DNA of 64,000 bases from Macrostomum hystrix (taxonomy: Eukaryota > Animalia > Platyhelminthes): NCBI GenBank assembly GCA_950097015.1, contig CATNEN010000030.1, forward strand, positions 2,666,001 to 2,730,000, given 5' to 3'. How positions within the stretch are numbered: the first letter of the stretch is position 1; each line of letters begins with the position of its first letter. Position numbers and translations under genes: made by a program. The notes under the pieces were generated by a model. That model was given only the letters and a program-made list of their open reading frames with translations, searched no databases and was not told where the DNA came from. Of this stretch, positions 13,084 through 24,228 are shown one piece after another.

Positions 13084-13500
13084 TCGTAGGGAATAAAATT
13101 TTGGATCTTAAAGAGTTGGGAACTGACCGTTGGTTGGATCTTGAAGTAATGTTTGAAGCTAAGATCCAATCTATGATGCATATGCAAGAGCCAGTGAAAT
13201 TACTTGGACAAAAATCTGTGCATCTGGTAATATTGCAGATCCTGTAATTGATGCGGCAGTGTATTTACAAAACAAGTTACACAAAACGATCGCAGCTGAT
13301 TGACCAAATTAAAAGTAGAACAATGATGTACCATATGCTTTTAAACGCTTCATGGCCAAGTTTATTACTAGACAGGCACACGGTCATATTACATAACAGT
13401 ATATACAGCTTTCGGAAGCACCAAGCAAGGCTAGGTACGAGAATAATTTCTATCGATCCTATACCATTGTACTATGACGATGCATTTGGCAAACTCAATT

Positions 13501-14239
13501 CTAGTCCTGAGACCGGCTGTAGTCTCTGAGCAGCCAGTGGGGCAGGAAATAGAACGGAGACGCCGGCCCGTGCCGCGACACCAGCACCCGGTCCATGCCG
13601 GGCCGCCAGTAAAACACAAACGCCGCGGCAGCGTCCTCGGCCGTGGCGCACACCTTGGTCACGTGACTGAGAAACCGGTGCGCCCAGTCCAGCCCGGCCT
13701 CGGCGCTCCATTCGTCTGGCCGGAGGTGCCCGCGCCACATGGCCGGCAGCTGGTTAACAGGCAAGCGGTTGACATCGCGGAGACGGCCGCCGCCGTCGCG
13801 GAAGCCGGCCAGGATGGCGGGCACGCCGAGCAGGAAGCTCTGCGCCCACCAGCGCGGCAGCCGACGGAGCCAGGAGCCCTGCTGGCTTGTCAGCTTCAGC
13901 TCCATCTGCGAGACCGAAAGGTAGACAATGGGAAAGATAGACAATGGGAACGGTAGACAATGGGAAAGGTAGACAATGGGAAAGGTAGACAATGGAAAAG
14001 GTAGAAGTATGAAAGGCAAAAGAGGGAATCTGATGAGATTTCAGAAAAAATTCTGCACTAAATGCTAAAAACAAGCTACTAATTAGTAGCATGACGAGAA
14101 TGGCACTCGGAAATGTATTTACAGCATCGTCGCCATCGCAGCAGTCCACCTCGCCGAGGTACAGCAGCCGAAGGTTGCGCAGACGAGCCTCGACAACTTC
14201 GCAGTAGCGACCACCTGCGCCGTCACCTCCGCCCCCGGT

Positions 14240-14282
<43 letters not shown>

Positions 14283-15316
14283 GTGGCCAGAGATTCAAAA
14301 GCGAGGCCCCAGGCGGCCATCAGGCGATCCCGGCGACTTCTGGCCGCGTCTAGTCGCTCGCACTCGGCGCCGCGGAACTGGCAGAGCAGCACGCCGCCGC
14401 CTGGCAGTCGAATGGCGGCCACGCACAGGTCCTGCTGCCGCTCCAGCTGCTGGCAGGTCAGGCGAGTCAGCAGACCGCGGCAGCAGATGAGCCGACCGGC
14501 CAAGCTGGGCCGGGGCCGGGCGAGCCGCAGCCAGGCCAGGAGGTCGTCGATGTCGCGCTGCCATGGCGGAGTCTCAGCGGCTTCCCAGTCAGCCGGGCCG
14601 CCAGGCAGCCAATCGGAGAGGTCCAAGCCTTGCCAGCGGCGTGGCAGGCGGAACCGTTTTAACTGACTGGCGTCGGGGCGCGCGTCGGCGATGCCCGATG
14701 GCGGAACTGAGAGGCCGCCGATGCGGTGCGGACGACTGAACTCGGGTAATTCGAGATCGGGATCCCAGGCGGCTGGCAGCGGCAGCGACAAGTCCGGTAG
14801 AGACAGGAGTTGAGCGGTCTCCAGCGACATCGGTTCGTGCTGGCGCATCGGAGGCGACTGTCGCTGCCGACCATCCGCCGACTGGGAAATTGGAGCGGAT
14901 TTGTGGGCGGGTTCGGGGGCGGAAATTGGAGCGGATTTGTGGGCAGGTTCTGGGGCGGAAATTGGAGCGGATTTGTGGACGAGTTCGGGGGCGGAAATCG
15001 GAGCGGATTCGCGGGCGGGTTCGGGGGCGGAAATCGGAGCGGATTCGCTGGCGGGTTCTGGATTGGATTTGTGGGCGGGTTCGGGAGCGGAAATTGGAGC
15101 GGCTTTTTGGGCGGGTTCGGGGGCGGATTTCTGAAGAGAAGTGGCAGGACCGGGTGTACTCATTTTGGAACTCAAACTACCCAAATCGTCGATTGGAATA
15201 GGTTGAGTAATTGTTGTAGAGGCCGAATTTGGCACGGACTGCAGAAGATCGGATACGAGGACACTAGCTGAAGTGGGTGCAGGAGGGGACAGGCCGTAGG
15301 CTGGGTGAGCACTCAT
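13501..15316 (-). CDS. DXO: Decapping and exoribonuclease protein DXO/Rai1/Dom3Z (exons 15316-14123 or 14881-14123, and 13905-13501)
   Basis: Motifs RPHRIGGLS, CRGLLT, WGLAFE, GEVDC, MELK, WWAQSFLLGVP.ILAGFRD and FYFLP.W match DXO/Rai1 motifs. GT donor at 14122, AG acceptor ending 13906, phase 0. The start site is uncertain (see findings). Confidence 0.92.
14884..15130. repeat. 36-bp minisatellite (reads SAPISAPEPAHK) in or upstream of the DXO 5' end
   Basis: About 6 copies, open in the DXO frame. Confidence 0.88.
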
Positions 15317-15554
15317 AATGTCACGACCTTGTCCGTGTCAGATGTAGGAATGCCGTCAGTTAAATGTGTTGCTACTTGAGGTCTGGAGTTTTTATTTCGG
15401 GTAACACTGCAATTTTTGTGATAATTATTCGACGTAATAACTCAATCCTTTAAAATAACTAGATATTCAACACGAGGGTAATAAAAGCCAGGAAAAACAG
15501 CTTATATACTCATGCTATCGTCCTTCAAGTGAAAATTTCTCTGGCTGCCAAAAT

Positions 15555-16225
15555 CCCAATTGCTGGAATGGAATCATTCTGCTCGAAACCATCCTTGTGG
15601 AAACCATCTTGCTAGAAACCATATTGTTGGAAACAATTAGCTGGAAACCATCCTGCTGGAAACAATTTTGATTGGAAACCATCTTGCTGGAAACCATCCT
15701 GCTGGAAACCATCCTGCTGGAAACCTGCTTGCTGGAAACCTTCTTGCTGGAAACCATCTTGCTGGAAACCATCTTGCTGGAAACCTTCTTGCTGGAACCC
15801 TTCTAGCTGGAAACCATCCTGCTGGAAACCTTCTTGCTGGAAACCAACTTGCTGGAAACCATCTTGCTGGAAACCATCTTGCTGGAAACCATCTTGCTGG
15901 AACCCATCTTGCTGGAAACCTTCTTCCTGGAAACCTTCTAGCTGGAAACCATCCTGCTGGAAACCATCTTGCTGGAAACCATCTTGCTGGAAACCATCTT
16001 GCTGGAAACCTTCTTGCTGGAAACCTTCTAGCTGGAAACCATCTTGCTGGAAACCTTCTTGCTGGAAACCATCTTGCTGGAAACCATCTTGCTGGAAACC
16101 TTCTTGCTGGAAACCTTCTAGCTGGAAACCATCCTGCTGGAAACCTTCTTGCTGGAAACCATCTTGCTGGAAACCATCTTGCTGGAAACCTTTTTGCTGG
16201 AAGCCTTTTTGCTGGAAGCCATCTT
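15555..16225. repeat. Minisatellite, 15-bp unit (gctggaaaccatctt)
   Basis: About 44 copies. Confidence 0.95.
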
Positions 16226-16769
16226 GTCTATTATTAATGCAAGGAAAATAAAATGACAAGACAATTGTTTTTTTGACAAAAAGTAACATTAATCCGAGAA
16301 AGTGAATTCTGAGTTTGAATTACAAGTTCAAATAACTGCGATTCTAATTAATTGTGTCTGATAAAAATATAAAGCCTTAAAAAACAATTTTGATAAATGT
16401 TATGTGGCTTTTTGTAGTAACACTTGTCCGACAACATTCATTAAAGTCTAACCAAATTGAATATAATTTATATACAGAGTTATTTAAAAAAGCAAGTGAA
16501 ATTATCAAATTAATTTACAACAGTAATAACAAGCACTAATACTGACAGACATCAGAACAGAATCTAAGCTTAATCATCAGTCAAAACAGTTATAACATTG
16601 CAAGACCTGACTAAATAAAACTTTTCATATACAGAATTCTACAAAGAAATGCATTTTTTAATTCAAAACGACAAAACAGGGTAACTCATTCTTTACAACA
16701 AATATTAACATGAAGTCGACTAACATAAAATATGAGAAATTGGATTTATGAGTAATTGGTAATTAGTAA

Positions 16770-17430
16770 TTAGAGAGTACAGGAGAAATTGGTCAGCATT
16801 TCAGTGGGAGTACAGGAGAAATTGGTCAGCATTTCAGTGGGAGTACAGGAAAAATTGGTCAGCATTTCAGTGGGAGTACAGGAGAACTTGGTCAGCATTT
16901 CAGTGGGAGTACAGGAGAAATATTGGTCAGCATTTCAGTGGGAGTACAGGAGAACTTGGTCAGCATTTCAGTGGGAGTACAGGAGAACTTGGTCAGCATT
17001 TCAGTGGGAGTACAGGAGAACTTGGTCAGCATTTCAGTGGGAGTACAGGAGAAATTGGTCAGCATTTCAGTGGGAGTACAGGAGAACTTGGTCAGCATTT
17101 CAGTGGGAGTACAGGAGAACTTGGTCAGCATTTCAGTGGGAGTACAGGAGAAATTGGTCAGCATTTCAGTGGGAGTACAGGAGAAATTGGTCAGCATTTC
17201 AGTGGGAGTACAGGAGAACTTGGTCAGCATTTCAGTGGGAGTACAGGAGAACTTGGTCAGCATTTCAGTGGGAGTACAGGAGAACTTGGTCAGCATTTCA
17301 GTGGGAGTACAGGAGAAATTGGTCAGCATTTTGGTGGGAGTACAGGAGAACTTGGTCAGCATTTCAGTGGGAGTACAGGAGAAATTGGTCGGAATTTCAG
17401 TGGATGTCAGGAGAAATTGGTCGGCATTTT
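16770..17430. repeat. Minisatellite, 33-bp unit (ggtcagcatttcagtgggagtacaggagaactt)
   Basis: About 20 copies. Confidence 0.95.
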
Positions 17431-17792
17431 ATGGCAAATTAAAGAAATAGATTAGCATTTGGAGTTAGTGAATAACGAACAGTATTACAAGATTTGGACA
17501 CCGAGATAGATCAATGCAAAGGCGATATGATTGTAACGTATGTTGCAGCTTATACCTTATGTTTTAAAGCTAGTTACTATCAATACTCTAATAATCCCAG
17601 TATTATAAGCTTGAACAAAGACTGCGAAAGAAGGCAGCGCTTGATAATCCTGAGAGCGAGGACAATAACAATTTCTTATAAATGTTCGATTTGTCCGTAA
17701 AAGAACATTGAATGCGTAGATAGAATAAAAAATAAAATCCAGACCGACAAGCTAAAACTAGATTTAAGAAGTTCACATGAGGGCGGCGGGCA

Positions 17793-19788
17793 CTACGCAG
17801 CAGTGATATAAAGCTTAATTCGGTCAGGCAATGGCAGCCGGCAGATCTCATCGTTGCTGTACATTCTAAGAATAGCCAGCAGGCACAGATCTGTGAGCGG
17901 CGGCAGGCGCTGACAGGTGGGTATAATTCGCACCTGTTTAGTCTTGCCATAGACGTCGACAACTGCGAAATGATCGCGGCCCTTGTAGGGAAACGGCTGC
18001 TCGTCCGGGCCCATGTCGACGCCGTTAACAACCAGGTGCAGTCTGGCTAGGTCGGCGCCCTCCTGACCGTCGGCTTCTGGCATAAAGTACACGCCGATTC
18101 TGGCGCCCTTGTCCGTGTCCGTGCCGTGCTTGAGTGTGTGCCTTGGCACCAGTCTGGGATAGTGCACAAGGCCGCAGGGTGATTGGACTACGTTTCCTCG
18201 CCGGCGCAGCAGAGGTGACGGCGAGGCGACTGCGGCTGCTGACACGGCGGAGGACGAAGACCCGCCGACTGTGCGGACGTAGGAGCGGCCGAATCGACTG
18301 CCGAGATCGGGCACGGCAAACTTTGGCAAGCTGGACATTGCGTCTGGCCGGACCTGCGGAGGGCGTGGGATTAGAGTATAGGACTACAGTCTACTGCTTT
18401 ACTCTTCATCAGTATTATCGAGGTAATATATGGAAAGGGTGCAGAGACACTGATGAATGAAGGTCTGGTACACTGAAGGATGGGCTGGTCACATTTTCTC
18501 AAGGATTCGGGTTAGGAACCCTGATTCGGGTTGGAGATCCTGAAGGATTCGGGTTGGAGATCCTGACGGATTCGGGTTGGAGATCCTGAAGGATTCGGGT
18601 TGGAGATTCTGAAGGATTCGGGTAGGAGATCCTGAAGGATTCGGGTAGGAGATCCTGAAGGATTCGGGTAGGAGATCCTGAAGGATTCGGGTTGGGGACC
18701 GAGAAGGATTCAGGTTGGGGACCGAGAAGGATTCAGGTAGGGGACCCAGAAGGATTCAGGTTGGGGACCCAGAAGGATTCAGGTTGAGGACCCAGAAGGA
18801 TTCAGGTTGGGGACACAGAAGGATTCAGGTTGGGGACACAGAAGGATTCAGGCTGGGGACACAGAAGGATTCAGGTTGGTGACCCAGAAGGATTCAGGTT
18901 GGGGACACAGAAGGATTCAGGTTGGGGACCCAGAAGGATTCAGGTTGGGGACCCAGAAGGATTCAGGTTGGGGAACCAGAAGGATTCAGGTTGGGGACCC
19001 AGAAGGATTCAGGTTGGGGACCCAGAAGGATTCAGGTTGGGGACACAGAAGGATTCAGGTTGGGGAACCAGAAGGATTCAGGTTGGGGACCCAGAAGGAT
19101 TCAGGTTGGGGACCCAGAAGGATTCAGGTTGGGGACACAGAAGGATTCAGGTTGGGGAACCAGAAGGATTCAGGTTGGGGACCCAGAAGGATTCAGGTTG
19201 GGGACCCAGAAGGATTCAGGTTGGGGAACCAGAAGGATTCAGGTTGGGGACCCAGAAGGATTCAGGTTGGGGACCCAGAAGGATTCAGGTTGGGGACACA
19301 GAAGGATTCAGGTTGGGGACCCAGAAGGATTCAGGTTGGGGACCCAGAAGGATTCAGGTTGGGGAACCAGAAGGATTCAGGTTGGGGACCCAGAAGGATT
19401 CAGGTTGGGGACACAGAAGGATTCAGGTTGGGGACCCAGAAGGATTCAGGTTGGGGACCCAGAAGGATTCAGGTTGGGGACCCAGAAGGATTCAGGTTGG
19501 GGACCCAGAAGGATTCAGGTTGGGGACCCAGAAGGATCCCAAGTTCGGGCCAATCAGGAATGACCGAATGAGAAACAGCTAAATGCCAACCTGAGTGATG
19601 CCAACCCTGAGGTCGCCGCTCCAGCCGGACTCAGTCTGAGTCACCTCAATCAGAAACAGTTCGCCGGCGCGCAGTGGCTCTGCGCTAAACGTGATGCCGT
19701 GGGCGAAGCTGCGAGTCCGGGTGGCTGTCTGGCCGCCGTTGCTCAGCCGAATGAAACGGCCGTGACGCTGGTGGAAAGCCTGCGACAT
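17793..19788 (-). CDS. NEURL2: Neuralized-like protein 2 (NHR domain plus SOCS box), ~252 aa (exons 19788-19591, 18353-17793)
   Basis: FHQRHG..IRLS...ATR..SFAHGITFSAEPL...GWSGDLRVGIT, then GARIGV, NGVDMGP, FAVVDVYGKTKQVRI and a C-terminal SOCS box LPPLTDLC...LPLPDRIKLY. Phase-0 GT-AG intron. Confidence 0.92.
18505..19538. repeat. Intronic minisatellite, 23-bp unit (gaaggattcaggttggggaccca)
   Basis: About 45 copies filling the NEURL2 intron. Confidence 0.95.
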
Positions 19789-19950
19789 TGACCTGCAAGG
19801 TTGAATCGACAAATGGCTGGAACTGAACTTTAAAAGTTATCAGCTACTTTGAACTACTTAAAATCTCAATTGACCTGGGGAATCACCCGACCATTTTCAT
19901 TGGCTACCCAAGCAGATATGTCGCTATTGGCTCAGAGCTATCACGTAACA

Positions 19951-21350
19951 CCGCCGCGCTTGCGGACCTGATGGCGAGGCTCGACCTGGTGTCAGCCAAC
20001 ACGCGCTTCCGCAAACCGCCCAACCGGCTGGCGACCTTCGCCGGCTGCAAGCGAAGGAGGCGGAACGCGCGAGGCCGATTCGCTAGGACCCGCTTGGCGC
20101 AGCTCGACCACGTGCTGATTCGCCATCGCGAACGCAGCCGGCTGCAGAACTGCGACACAATGGAACCCCTGGCTGTCCGGTCCGACCATCGCCTGCTCTA
20201 CTGCGACCTGAGGCTCTCTGATCCGCTGTACCGACCACCAAAACGCCCTAGAAGAAGGTACTTCCGCGCCTTGCAAGACCCAGGCACCCGCAGCAGGTTT
20301 GCGTACGCCTTCGCGACCGCCCTGGAATCAGCGCAGGCGCCGGACTACAGCACAATTAGCTCAGCCATCGCCACTGCCGCTGCCAAGACTCTGCCGCTTA
20401 TGGAACCCGCGTCACGGCAACTTCCAGTTTGGGCGAGCGACCCGGAGGTACGTGAGGCCCGCCGCACTGTCGAGCAGCTGCGGCGAGCCAGGCGACTGAC
20501 ATCCGATGCCGAGAAAGCCCTGTCAGACGCCTACGCAAGTCGACAGAAAGCCGAAGGCGAAGGCGCCCAACGGCTGCTGGATGGCCTGACTGCGGCGGCG
20601 GCGAGGGTCGGCCTCGCTATCAACGCCATGAAGACCGAGGTGCTGACGGTGCCGCAAAACCTACCTGCCGAGATTCGACTAAGAGACGGTGACGGCCCCG
20701 GGACCGTGCTCCCGAAGTGCCGTCAGTTCGTCTACCTCGGCGGACTGGTGCCTGACGTGGGCGACGACCTGGCGAGACGACGCGGCAAGGCCTGGGCCGC
20801 CTACCGTTCTGTGCGGGCGGTGCTACTCTCCGAGGCCCTGTCGAACGGCGCCAGGTCCCAGCTGTTCCAGGCAGTTGTCGAGACCGCCCTCTTGTACAAT
20901 GCTGAGACCTGGACGATGACCGGGGCGCTCGAGGCGCAGCTCGACGCGGCGCATGCGGCCCTAGTTCGCGCCGCTTTCGGCGCCCGCCGCGGCCCTGGCA
21001 GCGAGACAACCGAGTCCCTGTACCAGCGTGCGCGCCTAACGCGGCCTTCTGTCCTGCTGAGTCAGCGGCGACTGCGGCTGGCCGGGCATGTCATCCGCGC
21101 CGAAGCCTACTGCCCAGAGCCGCTGCAGAATGTCCTGCTGTGGACCTCGCAGGGACCGCGCAGGCGCGGCCAGGGACGAACAGCCCGCTATATTGACCGC
21201 CTTTTTGAAGACGCCCGAGCACCCAGCCAGGCGGCAGGCGTGAAGCACGTCAGAGACCTGGCACTGAAACGCGCGTTTTGACGCTCCCCCCTCTTGGCCA
21301 CTTCTGTGGTCGGCGTGGAGTGTAACTATTATTATTATTATTATTATTAT
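19951..21350 (+). mobile_element. RTE-like non-LTR retrotransposon, 5'-truncated and internally deleted, with (TAT)n tail
   Basis: ORF 19971-21281 has APE endonuclease C-terminal motifs (ANTRF, QLDHVLI, SDHRLL), then post-YADD RT motifs (AQRLL..L...A..VGLAIN..KT, FVYLG) and an RTE-type C-terminus (RLRLAGHVIR, RRRG). (tat)n tail at 21325-21350. Possible TSD tatcacgt(a/g)aca at 19939-19950 and 21351-21362. Confidence 0.88.
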
Positions 21351-21633
21351 TATCACGTGACAATCCTTTCATATCACAAAACCTCACAAAACCTCGTAAA
21401 TTTTACATTAACAGTAATCTATCTTTCATCCACACATAAAGATCAAGCTTATTTATTGCTATATTGTGTTGCTGCTAATCATTAATTTATTGTAATAGTT
21501 TTATATTTGTCATGAATAGCTATTGTACTATCTGATAACACAGAAAAGTATTGATATGGGACAAAAACTGTTTAAATTTTTATATGACTAGTTACCCAAG
21601 AAAATAACACTTTATAAAATGTGTTTCTATCAT

Positions 21634-21948
21634 AAGGTTGTAGCATAGTGGTTAGGGCGTCGGACTCACGACTTGAAGGTCGGGGGTTCGATTCCCGACT
21701 CCACTGGAACAATTTGCGTGCTTTAGCAAGACACTTAACTCTGCATTGCTTCAGTTCACCCAGCTGTTAAATGGGTACAATCATCAGCTGGGATAATTGA
21801 AGGTGGGTGTGGCATCCCCCCAGTCCGTGGACTGAACAGCTGTATGCAGCCTTCAGATGCGCCGTGCATTAGCTGCGGCTGTGCTGTCGGCTGCACATCT
21901 GACCCAATTGGGGCAGGTGTAATCAATTATTATTATTATTATTAATTA
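21634..21948 (+). mobile_element. tRNA-derived CORE-type SINE (family A), full length with TSD
   Basis: Box A TAGCATAGTGGTT, box B GGTTCGATTCC, CORE-like segment GCAAGACACTTAACTCTGCATTGCTTCAGTTCACCCAGCTGTTAAATGGG, (ATT)n tail, 9-bp TSD ttctatcat at 21625-21633 and 21949-21957. Confidence 0.88.
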
Positions 21949-24228
21949 TTCTATCATCAATACAAAAAGTAGTTGCTGTTTTTGCTTGATTCCACACATA
22001 GAATGTCAGTTTTGCAAGTTTATGTCATTGTCTCAAATTGAAGAAGAATATACAAACAATCTTACAGCAAAACCAATATTCTGTGTGGAATAGTGCCAAA
22101 AATTGAGAACAGGAGAAGATTGAGAACATATACAAAAAATGTTTATATATGAAAAAACTTAACTTTAAAAGGCTAATTATGCACTTTTATGTTTATATAA
22201 TATATTCTAATTGACTATAAACATATACCCTTACTAGTTTGCCTTTCTGTATATAAAATAGCTGATATAACAGCAATAAGTTGAGAATTATTTTGGTATA
22301 AGTATGTATGAACTATGAAGGTAAAACATTGCGCTCAATATAAATAGCCAATTGTATATATCCTTTATAGGAATACAGGATATAGTACACAGTATACATA
22401 AATGAACAAGTGAATAAGCAATGTCAAAAATGTACTAGTAAGTCACTATAAATGCTAAACTTTATAAGAAGCTATTTAAATAAAAGTTCTTAGTTTCAAA
22501 AAGTGATCAAACTCAAAGGGCCTAGCCTATCTACCTTAGTGATCTACCTTAGTGACCAAGTAAGTAGAACAAGGGTTTCCTCATTCTCAAGACTATAGTT
22601 TCACATATATATCACATAAGTCATAAGAAACTGAAAAAAACTACCTCTGTTTTCAGTTTTAAATTATAATTGAATGACATGACTGTCTTAAAACCCACCC
22701 TTGTACTAGACCACCACCAAACTCACATCTACCCACCTTAAGCTATCCAATAAATACCCTATATTAGACTAAGACCATCAGTCATGGTCACTCCCTAGAT
22801 GCGACACTCCCTAACTGTGGCAGTCTTGGAGCGCGGCTGTCTTTGTTCTACACTGTAGCCTAGCATGTTGTAGAGAAAAAGTCTTGGGACATGTGGCATA
22901 ATTTCATAAATGCTGCATATGTAATGTATTTTCAACTGTGAGCCGAAATATATAGACTTATTTAGTCATAAAAACGGCAGGTTTTAACTCTAAAACTAGC
23001 TGTATGCTAACTACGGAACTGTAGCCTACGACTGCAGGCTAGGGTTCAGAAAACATTGAACGGTAGCCTCTGGCATAAAACACAGCCTGCTGGTAATGTT
23101 TTTTTCTGGAGCAATTATTAGCTTCTAAGAAAAATATGTTATTCAAAATAATTATTAGGTAAATCAAAGCCTCTTTACTACTTCCTTTGTTTCTGATAAA
23201 ACAGAAACTTATTTCTATTTATAAAATGTAATCGTTTATTTTGCTGATATTTTCATTTCCCAATATTCGCTGTTAAGTGTATCTATGCACTTAATTAACA
23301 TTTCGAGTATGAAATTTCCAGTTTTTTACCAGTTTACTCGGTGGTACAACAGTTTATTGCACTCTATGCTGTTAATATATAGTAAAGATCTACAAAGAAT
23401 CTGGGAAAATGATATTTTAATAGAGACATTCATTTTTTTCTCCATGTAGAATTAAGAAATAGTTCCTGTAAAAAAACACAGCGTCTGCAGTGGGCATGTG
23501 TTACTTGTTAAACACTAGCATCTATGCACGTAGAAAAATATTAATGGCGTGCTTTGAATTCTAGTTTCTATATTTTCTTTTTATTATAACTATACTTTTT
23601 ATTTTACTATACCATACACTGTAACTTCGTAATTGAAGCTAGAGAGCGCCTCAACTTCCCGGCACAACACAAATTTGATATGTCACATGTCAAAGTCAAA
23701 ACGATAATATGGGTTCTTAAGTAGTTTTAGCGAAGTTAAGTAACAATAACTTAACATGTACACCAAAGCTAAAGTTTGCTGCTTTATCTGTGATTAGTTG
23801 TTTTTACATTTTTTTCTGAATGCCACTCACTATAAATATTGTAGGCGCTTCTCATGAAACTTCCAAGTATATATAATTTATTTATTGCTGTCATTTAACC
23901 TATTAGAGTGTTTGTTCTAGTTTTTATTCGTTATGAGTTAACGATAATTATCTATACCAATGAAACAAAGCTTTTTGATAAGAACGAAAAAAATTGGCTT
24001 TCAAAATCACCTTTTAAATATGTCATCATAAAGCATGTCAATTAATGTCAGTTTGATATTTTCAGCAATTTCAGAATAAGTTTGATGACAAACTAATTAC
24101 AAATTTAACTATTTGTATTCCGGCTCATTAAAAAATTATCACATTTCTCCAGTTCGTCACTGATTGTTAGTTCGTTGTATTACAATATGATAAGAAAAAT
24201 GTTACCCACTGAACTGTCTCCATTCCAG

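Noticed and set aside
1283-19582. Long repetitive ORFs (CCRTAGTG, SNPTFP, YSSCFDSS, FTAPASIL, QQDGF, GTQKDSGWG and others), also those at 31303-31791 and 52415-53656
   Set aside because: They are translations of minisatellites, open in several frames on both strands, and most lie inside introns defined by flanking conserved exons.
21636-21706. Possible tRNA gene
   Set aside because: Box A and box B are present but the stems are imperfect, and the sequence continues into a CORE-like body, a tail and a TSD, so it is a SINE head. The same applies at 37329 and 57775.
22770-22830. HGHSLD-like peptide resembling a LINE endonuclease motif
   Set aside because: Too short, with no flanking homology; may be chance.
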